Virus record (IMG/VR): IMGVR_UViG_3300008107_006173 | DNA: 64,000 bases | Origin: a virus | Lineage: Duplodnaviria > Caudoviricetes | Direction: 5' to 3' (one strand) | In this document: one piece after another, positions 25,481 through 34,651 of the stretch | Layout: every line of letters starts with the position of its first letter | Position numbering within the stretch: position 1 is the stretch's first letter | Notes under the pieces: model-generated | Databases searched by the model: none | Told to the model about the DNA's origin: nothing | What the model saw: the letters and a program-made list of their open reading frames with translations, nothing else | Translations under genes and position numbers: made by a program

Positions 25481-28168
25481 CTAAAATTCAAAAAACTCAC
25501 CAAATGCCTCACTCTCTTTGGTTCTATCCAAATCCCATCCCATTTGTCCTAGCACATTTTGTATCTTTTTGTCTAGTACAGCGGTCTCCATTTCTACTTC
25601 ATCAAACGGTAGTTCTTTAAACCATTGAGGAAGATTGGTCTCATCAGTGGGATATGCAATACTCTTATATCCCATTGGATTGCTTTTTAGTCTGCAAACA
25701 ATTACTTTAGCACCATCCATAATAGTTGTACTGTATGCGTCACTGTGTGCTTGTTTTAGCTGATTCCAATTGATACTTGCTCTAACATGACCTGGTATAG
25801 TACCATCTTCAATTTCTTCTGCAATTTCTCTTAGCCGCTGTAGACGAATGTTCTTTTCGTTTGCTTGTTTCTTTTCAATCTTCTTAGTATACTGCGTGAG
25901 GTTATTCACACGCTTGGGCATACCCTTCTTCCAAGGCTCAATACTTTGGAAATCCTTTTTGAACTGTTTGATATATTCAATAACTTCTTTTTCGCCCTTG
26001 CCACTAAGGGCATCAAACAATATCTTTTCTAGAAAGTCCTGTACAAATTCAGGTGTATCACTGCGCTTGATTTCCATGCCCATAACCTTGAGCTTGCCAC
26101 CATCAGGTTGATAACCTTCGATGTCCCAACAGTTGATTGCATAACGCTTTTTAGTAATGAACAATCCGGCTCGCCCAACTACTTCTCGGCCAGCTTTTAA
26201 TACTTCGCCGGCTATCAACGGAACATTAAAATCTTGTTTTAGAAATTCTGGAAATGTGTCGCTTACTGTGTCGCTAACATGGTCATATAGTTTTACTGCA
26301 CTTTCTAGATCTAATTCTGTATCTTTTGGTAGTGCAGGAGTAGCGGTAAAGTATACCGAGTCAGTGTCACCATAAATAATGCATGGCCCTAAGTGATCGT
26401 ACTCGCCTGTGAGCAGCTCGTTGGTTTTAGCAGCCATGTGTCGCGTAATACGTCGACCAGTTAGTGTCGTACTTTGACCAATACGCTTGTCAAAGAAGCG
26501 GCATCCTGGATTCAAAATAGCGCCATACAAGCTGTTCAAGTTAATCTTTTTAACTAGCTGACGCTTATCCCAGTAAGCCTTTTCCTCTGATGTAGTTGCT
26601 TCTTTCTTTTTCTTTTGTAGATCTTTACGCTCACTGTACCAACGCTCTAGTAATCCGGGAACAATACCCTGTACATCTGTTTTAAAGATAGTGCCGTTGG
26701 CACTGATGTTCCATGGCTGGCCACTTTTAAATACTAGATTGTAGATATCTGCACCGGTACATTCCAGTCGCTCACCACCCTCAAGTTCTAGTACTAGCGG
26801 ATGATTGATGTCTTTGTCAATTACATATTCAAATTCATTTGTACCAAATTTACCTGACCATGCATCAGCAAAACTCATCTTTTGCAAACGCATTTTACTT
26901 TGGATTTCTTCATCAGTGTATACGGGTTTAATTTGTCCTACAATAGTTTCAGGCGCCATGTTCAGCGCACGGAATACTGATGGATACAGTGAATTGATAT
27001 CCATACTGCCTACCCACTCGTGATATCCTTTCTTTGGAAAGGCTACATATGCACCTGCTGCTTGTGTGTCAGCATTATCACTGCTACGAATTCTATCAGG
27101 TACGACGAAGCCTCGTCGATGTGCTTCGTTAATGATGGCTTGTTCTGTGGTTGCTACGGCACCCATTGTTGTGGGCAGCAACACAGTATTATCGTGTGCA
27201 ATTGTGTTTGCTAAGTCAATGAACTGTAGCTTCTTATCTAACTTATTAAGTAGCATAGTATCTTGAATGTTATAATCTAAAAACTTTTTAAAGTCGTGAT
27301 TATATAAGCGATCTAAGCTGCCTTCATATGCAACCTTGCGTTCACCAATCTCCATCTCACCGATGTAGTCTAGTCGATAACTGTGCCGCTCTTCGTAATT
27401 GTATTTGCGATATAGTTGCATATAGTCTAAATGCACACGACCAATTAGATCATAGGTTTGGCGTTCACTACCAAACGCTTCATACATTCTTTCTTTTGGC
27501 AATTGGTCCCAAAGACATAAGCGCCTTGTATCGTTTCGACTCAATACCTTAACAATTCTATTAGTTGTGTAAGGAATATCGTAGCCTTCACTGTTCCAAC
27601 CGCTTAGGATGTCTGCATCTTCAATCAACGATAAAAATACTTCGAGCATTTCTTTTTCTGTTTGAAAAAGCATTACCTCAGGTATATCTTTAGCAATATT
27701 CTGTGCCTGATCCCAACTAAGTGTTTTAGGAGGAACTGCTAAACAGATCATTGCGTTGAGCCATTGTAGGTACACACCAATAGCAGTAATTGGCATGAAT
27801 GCGTCATCAGGGCTTGCATAACCCCTCAGAGGATCAAAGTCTACCTCAATGTCGAAAAATGCTGTTTGAAGTTTAGGCGGTTCAACACCATTGTAGTGTT
27901 TTGCGATTGTCTTATTAAGAGGTTTGATGTCGCTTTCAAATGTTCTGTTTGAACTATTGATTGCAACATTCTTACGAAAGTCCTTAAATGACTTGCACCT
28001 TAGTTCGGTAACGGGCTCGCCGTAAATACTACGGCGACTGCCTTTTGGATCTGCAACATAAAAATTATATTCGGGACGGTGTTCTACTAGAATTCGTTTA
28101 CCGTTAACACGTTCTGCAACATGCACTGAATCTTTATTCTTATCGTAGAAGGCGTCTACGTAACTCAT
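25481..28168 (-). CDS. Family B DNA polymerase (gp43-like)
   Basis: Exo motifs FFDIEVD, GWNSEGYDIPY, YNIQD; pol motifs DINSLYPS, KINLNSLYG, YGDTDS, KKRY. Confidence 0.97.
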   Translation of the reverse strand: MSYVDAFYDKNKDSVHVAERVNGKRILVEHRPEYNFYVADPKGSRRSIYGEPVTELRCKSFKDFRKNVAINSSNRTFESDIKPLNKTIAKHYNGVEPPKLQTAFFDIEVDFDPLRGYASPDDAFMPITAIGVYLQWLNAMICLAVPPKTLSWDQAQNIAKDIPEVMLFQTEKEMLEVFLSLIEDADILSGWNSEGYDIPYTTNRIVKVLSRNDTRRLCLWDQLPKERMYEAFGSERQTYDLIGRVHLDYMQLYRKYNYEERHSYRLDYIGEMEIGERKVAYEGSLDRLYNHDFKKFLDYNIQDTMLLNKLDKKLQFIDLANTIAHDNTVLLPTTMGAVATTEQAIINEAHRRGFVVPDRIRSSDNADTQAAGAYVAFPKKGYHEWVGSMDINSLYPSVFRALNMAPETIVGQIKPVYTDEEIQSKMRLQKMSFADAWSGKFGTNEFEYVIDKDINHPLVLELEGGERLECTGADIYNLVFKSGQPWNISANGTIFKTDVQGIVPGLLERWYSERKDLQKKKKEATTSEEKAYWDKRQLVKKINLNSLYGAILNPGCRFFDKRIGQSTTLTGRRITRHMAAKTNELLTGEYDHLGPCIIYGDTDSVYFTATPALPKDTELDLESAVKLYDHVSDTVSDTFPEFLKQDFNVPLIAGEVLKAGREVVGRAGLFITKKRYAINCWDIEGYQPDGGKLKVMGMEIKRSDTPEFVQDFLEKILFDALSGKGEKEVIEYIKQFKKDFQSIEPWKKGMPKRVNNLTQYTKKIEKKQANEKNIRLQRLREIAEEIEDGTIPGHVRASINWNQLKQAHSDAYSTTIMDGAKVIVCRLKSNPMGYKSIAYPTDETNLPQWFKELPFDEVEMETAVLDKKIQNVLGQMGWDLDRTKESEAFGEFFEF

Positions 28169-28194
28169 GTATGAATCCTATCTAATGATTTTAC

Positions 28195-28223
28195 ATTATA
28201 CATAAGAATGCCAGTATTGTCAA
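28195..28223 (-). promoter_or_regulatory. sigma70-like promoter TTGACA-N17-TATAAT
   Basis: Perfect consensus upstream of polB. Confidence 0.8.
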
Positions 28224-28231
28224 CTGAATCT

Positions 28232-28909
28232 TTATGTTATTTCTTTATCTATGTAGCTGATGGCCCGCTCGGCCCAACTAACGCTTTGACTAATAGTTAG
28301 ATGACAACTTCTATCTGCAACAGGAATCTGTCGTTCTATTATACCATCGTGGAGCGCATCAAATTTTGATTTAGGAAGGAAATCTTTTTCCTCCATTGCT
28401 GATGCTGGCCCATCAACAATATACTTTAACCTATGAACATAATTGGTATTACGCCAAATTGGAAATATATTATTGAATATAATAAAAGGCTTGTTTACTG
28501 ACTTGCATAGATTAATAATGTGTTCTATATATACTTCATTCTTTTTTAAATTAATAGGTATGCTACTTAAAAAAGGTAACATATCATTGGTGATGTACTT
28601 TTTTCTATATAACGCTGTAAGAGTATTACTTTCTATGCTTTCACGCATTAGATTATATGTAGCAGGCACTAACTCACTATTATCTCTATGATCTATTTCT
28701 AAGCGGTCTATAGTAGTTAAACATACAACTAGTAATTTGTAATCCAACTGACTAACAGCATGTTCAACTTGACACATAATATCAAAATTACTTACTGCGT
28801 CTTTGCCTAAACTAACATAAGAATCCTTGTATTTTTTTGAAACTTGATGCATCCAGTTCCAAGGATAATCGTCAGGTTGGCAGAAACTATCTCCACAAAA
28901 AACAATCAT
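28232..28909 (-). CDS. SGNH/GDSL-like hydrolase-fold protein
   Basis: N-terminal VFCGDSF, G..SN, C-terminal DRSCHL. Confidence 0.55.
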   Translation of the reverse strand: MIVFCGDSFCQPDDYPWNWMHQVSKKYKDSYVSLGKDAVSNFDIMCQVEHAVSQLDYKLLVVCLTTIDRLEIDHRDNSELVPATYNLMRESIESNTLTALYRKKYITNDMLPFLSSIPINLKKNEVYIEHIINLCKSVNKPFIIFNNIFPIWRNTNYVHRLKYIVDGPASAMEEKDFLPKSKFDALHDGIIERQIPVADRSCHLTISQSVSWAERAISYIDKEIT

Positions 28910-29460
28910 TGGTATGCCGGACCAAGAATCAGAGTAACTAAACTTTCGCGCTGACCAGCTGTGATGTTTGTTACTTCGTGGTGTACAATACTTGGAAAAA
29001 TTATAACGTCACCTAAATTTAATTTAAATGCTTCTCTTGGTGTTATTGAATCTAAGTTCAACTGGTTAACATCATTGGTATAATGAAAAACAATATCTCC
29101 ACCCTGATAAGAGTTTGAGTCATTAAGGCCTACCACAACTGTTAATTTTCTAGCAGGACTTTTAAACAAATTAGTTGTGCAAACGTCGTTATGTAAAACT
29201 GCACCATGGCCGCTATGATAAATCCCATAGGTAAACGACTCAAACACTATCGGGTCAAAGATTTCTAAATTAAAATGATTTTTTGATTCTTTTATAATTT
29301 TAGATAATTTTTTAATAATGAACCCTGGTATAGTGCTAACATTAGCATGTTTACGAACAAAAGTATCGTCATGCTGGTCAACAGCAGAACCAACACTCTT
29401 TTTAACTAGCAGTATCTCATCAGCTGAAAATACCGAATCAAATTTCGCTACCAGGGACAT
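28906..29460 (-). CDS. 2OG-Fe(II) oxygenase (P4H/PKHD-like)
   Basis: LHND, RKLTVVVGLN, YQGGD, FPSIVHHEVT..GQRESLV. Confidence 0.8.
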   Translation of the reverse strand: MSLVAKFDSVFSADEILLVKKSVGSAVDQHDDTFVRKHANVSTIPGFIIKKLSKIIKESKNHFNLEIFDPIVFESFTYGIYHSGHGAVLHNDVCTTNLFKSPARKLTVVVGLNDSNSYQGGDIVFHYTNDVNQLNLDSITPREAFKLNLGDVIIFPSIVHHEVTNITAGQRESLVTLILGPAYQ

Positions 29461-29468
29461 TTTTAATC

Positions 29469-29732
29469 TTAGAGTGTCTTACCAACAGCTTCTAGGATAG
29501 TTTCAAGTTCATCAAACTTGTCACGCTCATCACCTAGTGATGCTTTGTGTGCTACCTTAATTGCCTTAGTTAGTGTAGCAGGCTTAAGATCCATTTCTTC
29601 TGCGATTGCTTTGACTGTGTCGCGAAGACCATCTTTTAGTGTTTCAATTTCGTAAGTAACCTGCATACCTTCTTCAATTAGTCTCTTAAGGCGTGCCTTT
29701 TCTTCTTCATTGAAAGTTCTGTTAAAAGCCAT
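29469..29732 (-). CDS. T4 DsbA/GapR-like dsDNA-binding protein, 87 aa
   Basis: Coiled coil followed by KAIAEEMDLKPATLTKAIKVAHK. Confidence 0.65.
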   Translation of the reverse strand: MAFNRTFNEEEKARLKRLIEEGMQVTYEIETLKDGLRDTVKAIAEEMDLKPATLTKAIKVAHKASLGDERDKFDELETILEAVGKTL

Positions 29733-29735
29733 TTG

Positions 29736-30437
29736 TTACCTCTTCTGTGTTGTAGTGTTAGTATATATTTCTAGCTGATCATTCCCGCTAGGAATAGTGG
29801 CGTTGCTAAAATTAACCATTTCTTGATAATCTTTGAATTTGGTATATCCAAAGCAATTAAAATCTTCACCTGCAATCTCGTTTACAAAATTTATTATTGT
29901 GTCATCGTAGTATTTCAAAACTGACTTAATTGTCTCTTGTTCTGATACTACAGATGTGTATCTAGTACCTAGACCAGTTCTATCTATTCTAGAAAAACTT
30001 TTCAAGTCAACTCTGTAAACTGCTTTAACGTCTTCGACTAAATTTTCAAATTTAATTATGTGAAGTCCCCCAGTGATGCCATCAATCCAATTTGTGCATG
30101 GAGAGGTTATCCATGTTGGTCGAAGTTGAATGTTTAACATGAATTTTTTAAATTGTGGAATTGTAAATGCTTCAGGACTTTTATTTTCTTGGGCAGAACA
30201 AAATTGATAAAACAGTGACACATATCGTGTGTACGGACATCTCACACTTACCGCACACTCAGTATCCATCGGAAGATTATGAGATTCAAATGTTTGATGT
30301 AATTTTGTAATATCTAATAAAAGATCTTCAAGTTTTAAATCTTTTAATGTAATGATTTTACTTAGTACCAGCGCATTAAAAATAGACGATCCGCCAGTTT
30401 TAGGTGGATGTAGAAAAAGGGGTCCGTTAAAATGCAT
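29736..30437 (-). CDS. Sulfotransferase family protein
   Basis: PAPS-binding FLHPPKTGGSS, VRCPYTRYVSLF, IKFENL. Confidence 0.8.
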   Translation of the reverse strand: MHFNGPLFLHPPKTGGSSIFNALVLSKIITLKDLKLEDLLLDITKLHQTFESHNLPMDTECAVSVRCPYTRYVSLFYQFCSAQENKSPEAFTIPQFKKFMLNIQLRPTWITSPCTNWIDGITGGLHIIKFENLVEDVKAVYRVDLKSFSRIDRTGLGTRYTSVVSEQETIKSVLKYYDDTIINFVNEIAGEDFNCFGYTKFKDYQEMVNFSNATIPSGNDQLEIYTNTTTQKR

Positions 30438-30462
30438 TCTTATCCAATGAGACAGTAATATC

Positions 30463-31023
30463 TCAATATGCCCAGCTTACTAAACTATGACGCACACCTC
30501 GAGTAACCACCCCAACTTTATGGCGATAGGTACTTGGAAAAATAATACAAGTACCGGGACTAGGTCTATCAAACACTTTGTTTTCAAAACATAGTTGGCC
30601 GCCTTCGTAGTTGTTATCTAACAGTATAGACATGGATAATTGACGAACATAGTCGATGCTGCTATAGCTGACAGCATCGATGTGCCAATCGAAGTGTCCT
30701 AAATCCTGTTCTGTATAACGCATGATACTAACAGTGGTTCTATCCCTAGAGTATTCTTTATTGAATAACTGTTTAGCCTCATCGAATAATGTATGAACTT
30801 GTTCAAACACATCTGAATGCTCATTCACAGACAGCCGCGCTTCTCGACATCTACGGGTGTTTGATATCGTAACAGTACCCTTGTCGTCAACTACAACTTC
30901 AGCTTTTTTAAAATGTATGTCGCTATTAAGGAGAAGTTCGATCATAGAAGAATCGAGAGCATTCTCTTTAACAAAGACATGCATGCCTTGCGGTAGACAT
31001 GCTTTTTCTTCATTGACAATCAT
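30463..31023 (-). CDS. 2OG-Fe(II) oxygenase (PKHD-like)
   Basis: FDWHID, RQLSMSILL, YEGG, FPSTYRHKV..GVRHSLVSW. Confidence 0.85.
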   Translation of the reverse strand: MIVNEEKACLPQGMHVFVKENALDSSMIELLLNSDIHFKKAEVVVDDKGTVTISNTRRCREARLSVNEHSDVFEQVHTLFDEAKQLFNKEYSRDRTTVSIMRYTEQDLGHFDWHIDAVSYSSIDYVRQLSMSILLDNNYEGGQLCFENKVFDRPSPGTCIIFPSTYRHKVGVVTRGVRHSLVSWAY

Positions 31024-31026
31024 TTC

Positions 31027-31236
31027 TTACTTCTTCTGTGTAGTAATGTTAGTATATATGTTGAGCTGCTCAGGTTCTTCGGGAATATTGGCGTTCACAT
31101 CTAAATAATAAGAAGTTTTGAAACCTGGAAATGGGTGAAAAGAAATTTGTTCTAAAATTGATCTATTAGTAATTCGTTGTCCATCGGGACCAAACGCAAT
31201 AAAACTGTCGCCGGTAAAATGAACTTCAACTCTCAT
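31027..31236 (-). CDS. Hypothetical protein, 69 aa
   Basis: Coupled ORF. Confidence 0.6.
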   Translation of the reverse strand: MRVEVHFTGDSFIAFGPDGQRITNRSILEQISFHPFPGFKTSYYLDVNANIPEEPEQLNIYTNITTQKK

Positions 31237-32844
31237 TTAGTAAATTTCACGCCACTGGACTGTTGCGCCCACTTGCGTACTTTGGCTATTACTTAAATTT
31301 GTAATTACAACGGCATAGATTTCACTGTCGGTGCTGTCGTAGTTTTGTACAATATAATTCTTCTTGGCATTGCTGGGCGTATCAATCGGAGTAGTGCTAC
31401 CACTACCATTGGATGTGCCGGCAGGTGCATAACCAGATATTAAAATGTCGCCCCCAGAAAATGCTGTTGCTGTGGCATTGTACTGCACACCACTATCGGT
31501 GTCAAGGTCTACCCAAGTATTACCTGTTAATGCTGCCTGATTTGGTAGCTTAACAACTTTGAAATAAATGTTTTCAGATGTGGTAAACACACTTAGATTT
31601 TGTAATCTTGCAATGATTCGGTTATGGTCATAACCTCTAAAAGTATTCTTGAGTCTTATAGCGAACACAGGGACAGTAGCATTAGAGGCTATAGTTCTTA
31701 GTGTACCATTGTTACCCATGGCCCAATCGATACCGGATTCATTATAACCACCTTCTGACATCACAGTTGTACAGATTTGGTCAAAGTAGCTACCTGTGGT
31801 TGTGCCAACGTTCTGTATTTCACATCGTACTGGAAGATTTGGATTGCTCATGTAAACAGTTGCTAAGTTATCGCTGTGGCGGAAAGTATGACATAAGATA
31901 TATTCACTATCGTGGACGAAACCACAACGAACTTGACCTACTCCCAACCATTGGAAGTCACACCACCAAAGTTGTGTTTTGGTAATGTCTAAATCCCATC
32001 CGCTTGGACCACTACCATCAACTGGATCACCATTCCAACCAGTATCGCCTGGACCATACACACCACCTTCTTGGCTGATGCGTACATCAACAGGACTGCC
32101 AGTTACATAACTACGCACCACCAAAGCCAGTGTACCATCGCCTGCTTGTTCGAGGAAAATACCATTACGGTCATCAAAATAACCTGTGCGTTTAGTAACA
32201 TTGGATACAGCATTATAAAAATTAAATGATGCTAGTATCATCTGACTCTTACCGGGCATATAGTGATGATAGAATTTGGTTTGGTGTACTGCTCTACTTG
32301 AACTATTAGAAGTAGTGGATAGTCTTGCACAAGCCTGATTGTTTTGGAATGCAATATTGCCACCATTGACCATATAGTCAATGAAGTTAGGATCTAGGCC
32401 GTATAAGTGTTTATAGTCACCCAGTGTATAAGGTTCGCTAACACGCAATCTACCAAATGCATCATTGCCACCAAGTAGAGGTTGTGTTACAACATTTCCT
32501 GATACCACCCACGGACTTGTTGTTTGGCTAACATTAATGTTACCACCAGTAACAGTTGCGTTTACATTACCAGTAACGCCAACATTACCGTCTACTGTAA
32601 TACTATTGCCGCCATCTGTTATAATAACAGTACCGGTAACATTTGCATTAATACTACCGCTGTTAACTGTTACATTTACGGGATTGGTAGTTGGGTTATC
32701 AACGGTAACATTACTAACAATAACATCGCCTTCTAAGCTGATGCCGTCAACGTGAGTGCGTATAACGGGCTCACCGCTAGCATTGTATTTCATTGAGTTG
32801 TGTAAATCACGCAACTCTTTATCTAATGGATGGTTATAAGACAT
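31237..32844 (-). CDS. Probable virion-associated protein, 535 aa (V/N/T-rich N-terminal repeats, beta-rich C-terminal domain)
   Basis: Composition; GATAAATA late motif at 32873-32880. Confidence 0.6.
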   Translation of the reverse strand: MSYNHPLDKELRDLHNSMKYNASGEPVIRTHVDGISLEGDVIVSNVTVDNPTTNPVNVTVNSGSINANVTGTVIITDGGNSITVDGNVGVTGNVNATVTGGNINVSQTTSPWVVSGNVVTQPLLGGNDAFGRLRVSEPYTLGDYKHLYGLDPNFIDYMVNGGNIAFQNNQACARLSTTSNSSSRAVHQTKFYHHYMPGKSQMILASFNFYNAVSNVTKRTGYFDDRNGIFLEQAGDGTLALVVRSYVTGSPVDVRISQEGGVYGPGDTGWNGDPVDGSGPSGWDLDITKTQLWWCDFQWLGVGQVRCGFVHDSEYILCHTFRHSDNLATVYMSNPNLPVRCEIQNVGTTTGSYFDQICTTVMSEGGYNESGIDWAMGNNGTLRTIASNATVPVFAIRLKNTFRGYDHNRIIARLQNLSVFTTSENIYFKVVKLPNQAALTGNTWVDLDTDSGVQYNATATAFSGGDILISGYAPAGTSNGSGSTTPIDTPSNAKKNYIVQNYDSTDSEIYAVVITNLSNSQSTQVGATVQWREIY

Positions 32845-32880
32845 AATAGTAGTACCTCTCCCTGGGTACTACTATTTATC
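32845..32880 (-). promoter_or_regulatory. Late promoter overlapping a 12-bp RBS-sequestering hairpin
   Basis: aatagtagtacc (32845-32856) / ggtactactatt (32865-32876), SD in loop and 3' arm, GATAAATA at 32873-32880. Confidence 0.7.
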
Positions 32881-32896
32881 TAAATTTAGAACTAAT

Positions 32897-33565
32897 TTAA
32901 GTGGCAATTTTTACGCGGTTAACCATTGTTTCCTTACCACCACTGTACTTACTAATTCCTTGGCTTTTTACATAGGCAGTAATATTAAGCTCGTCACCTA
33001 TCTCTGCAATCCTTGTAGTGTTAAAGAATTTAACAATATTCTTGTTTGATTCAGAACAGGTATACATGAAACTCATTGTGGATGGAATTTCTCGCACATG
33101 CTCAATCTTCAGATTAAACTCGCTGCGCTTGTTTAGTGTACCTACATAATCGCTGTTTTCAGACAGGGCTGCTTCTCGTTCAGTCCATTTATCTGCTTCT
33201 AGTTTACGACTATAGACATTTGGCAAACTAGCAGCAATACCTAACTTATCTTTGCCCACACGCTCAGCACCCACAAACTTTAGAACATTGGCTTCAAAGT
33301 CTGTCAACGCTCGTTCAAACGCTTTAAAGCTCAGCCCCCGCAGATAATCAATGATAGTTTCTGCAAGAACATAGTCCTTTTCATTTAGCTCAACCTTTTC
33401 ATCGTTGAGAAAGTGATTGTACAAAATAGAGCTGTTAGGCGACTTAGGCTTTTCACCTTCAGCTAAGTTTTGATAAGAATCTCGTTTGATAAAGCCCTGT
33501 GCATCAAAAATTGCACAAGCAACGGCAACTACTTCCTTAGTAGGAAAATCAATTTCTGCACTCAT
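32897..33565 (-). CDS. Hypothetical protein with probable C-terminal OB-fold, 222 aa
   Basis: C-terminal beta pattern ITAYVKSQ..KETMVNRVKI. Confidence 0.7.
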   Translation of the reverse strand: MSAEIDFPTKEVVAVACAIFDAQGFIKRDSYQNLAEGEKPKSPNSSILYNHFLNDEKVELNEKDYVLAETIIDYLRGLSFKAFERALTDFEANVLKFVGAERVGKDKLGIAASLPNVYSRKLEADKWTEREAALSENSDYVGTLNKRSEFNLKIEHVREIPSTMSFMYTCSESNKNIVKFFNTTRIAEIGDELNITAYVKSQGISKYSGGKETMVNRVKIAT

Positions 33566-33577
33566 ATTAGTTCTCTC

Positions 33578-34171
33578 TTACTTAGTGATGATGTTATAAA
33601 TTTCTTCCCAAGTCTTTACTACAGTAGCAGGACCCTTATAATCTAAATTATGTCCATGCTCAACCAGTAAAGTCTTGAAGCCACACCGGATACCGGCATC
33701 AGCATTTTCGGGCTTGTCTTCGATCCAATAGTTACCCTTGTATACACGACCCAGCCGATCTAGTTCTTCGTCCTTGTCTGCACCTGTATCTAAACAAATC
33801 ACATCAATAAAGATGTCACCAAACAGCTTCTTGAGATTTCGTATACGCAATTCTCGTGCGTACACATCCTTGCTCAAAGAAGTAACTGCTAGGAATTTGT
33901 ATTTGTGTTTTTCTGCTAGTAGCCTTACATACTGTTGTGCATCTCGTACCGGAGGAAGGAAACCAATAGCAGCACTTTCGTTGAATAGTCGTACTAACTT
34001 ATGTCCTTCATCCTTAGTAATACCATAACGGTCACCGATGCTGTACAGCAGCTTATAACCATCAACAGGCTTATATCCGTGATGCTCCATCCACACCGAG
34101 AAGCCCTCTTCCCAGTCCAGCATAACTCCGTCAATGTCTGTAAGGATAACCTTTTTCTTAAAGAATAACAA
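33578..34171 (-). CDS. HAD-family 5'(3')-deoxyribonucleotidase-like
   Basis: LTDIDGVMLDW (DxD), VTS, WIEDKPEN; TTG start. Confidence 0.8.
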   Translation of the reverse strand: MLFFKKKVILTDIDGVMLDWEEGFSVWMEHHGYKPVDGYKLLYSIGDRYGITKDEGHKLVRLFNESAAIGFLPPVRDAQQYVRLLAEKHKYKFLAVTSLSKDVYARELRIRNLKKLFGDIFIDVICLDTGADKDEELDRLGRVYKGNYWIEDKPENADAGIRCGFKTLLVEHGHNLDYKGPATVVKTWEEIYNIITK

Positions 34172-34196
34172 ACCAAACTCCCTAACTTATATTAGT

Positions 34197-34224
34197 ATTT
34201 TAGCATCATTAGCTACAATGTCAA
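34197..34224 (-). promoter_or_regulatory. sigma70-like promoter TTGACA-N16-TAAAAT
   Basis: Read directly from the sequence. Confidence 0.7.
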
Positions 34225-34230
34225 GTATAT

Positions 34231-34542
34231 TCAGGTATGTTCTATAATTTCAATGCCAGCAGATTCGATGGCACTCATACATACTGGACAGGGTTTGGCC
34301 AATGCAGGCCGACCTTTTTTGTCCCACCTAGATACAAAGATTTTATGCGCTCTGCTAAGATCCTTGCATTTTACAATAGCATGAATCTCAGCATGAAGAA
34401 ACTGTTTGTCAGGCATACCTGCTTTTGCAGCATGTAGTGCCTGTAACGGGTGCGTCTTAATATAACTGTTTTGTCCAACAGATATAACTTTACCACGCTT
34501 GTCATATATGACGGCAGTAAGAGCCTGTTTAGTAGTGGACAT
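34231..34542 (-). CDS. Cytidine/deoxycytidylate deaminase-like zinc protein, 103 aa
   Basis: HAE and PCPVC zinc motifs. Confidence 0.8.
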   Translation of the reverse strand: MSTTKQALTAVIYDKRGKVISVGQNSYIKTHPLQALHAAKAGMPDKQFLHAEIHAIVKCKDLSRAHKIFVSRWDKKGRPALAKPCPVCMSAIESAGIEIIEHT

Positions 34543-34574
34543 CAGATATGTTCTTCCCTAACACCTACTAGTAT

Positions 34575-34602
34575 ATAATAACATCTTTAGGACGTTTGTC
34601 AA
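34575..34602 (-). promoter_or_regulatory. sigma70-like promoter TTGACA-N16-TATTAT
   Basis: Read directly from the sequence. Confidence 0.7.
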
Positions 34603-34651
34603 CCATTCCGTGAACTTTAGAAAAGTACTAGAAAAAGGGTTAAATAACTGT

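Larger units (their letters stand above)
29730..31071. repeat. Imperfect 51-bp direct repeat (29730-29780 vs 31021-31071, 43/51 identical) flanking a two-gene cassette
   Basis: Aligned by hand; both copies end a gene and contain the next gene's RBS and ATG. Confidence 0.85.

Noticed and set aside
25481-28168. Intron or intein in the DNA polymerase, ClpA or clamp loader
   Set aside because: Lengths and motif spacing are normal, with no LAGLIDADG or intein terminal motifs.
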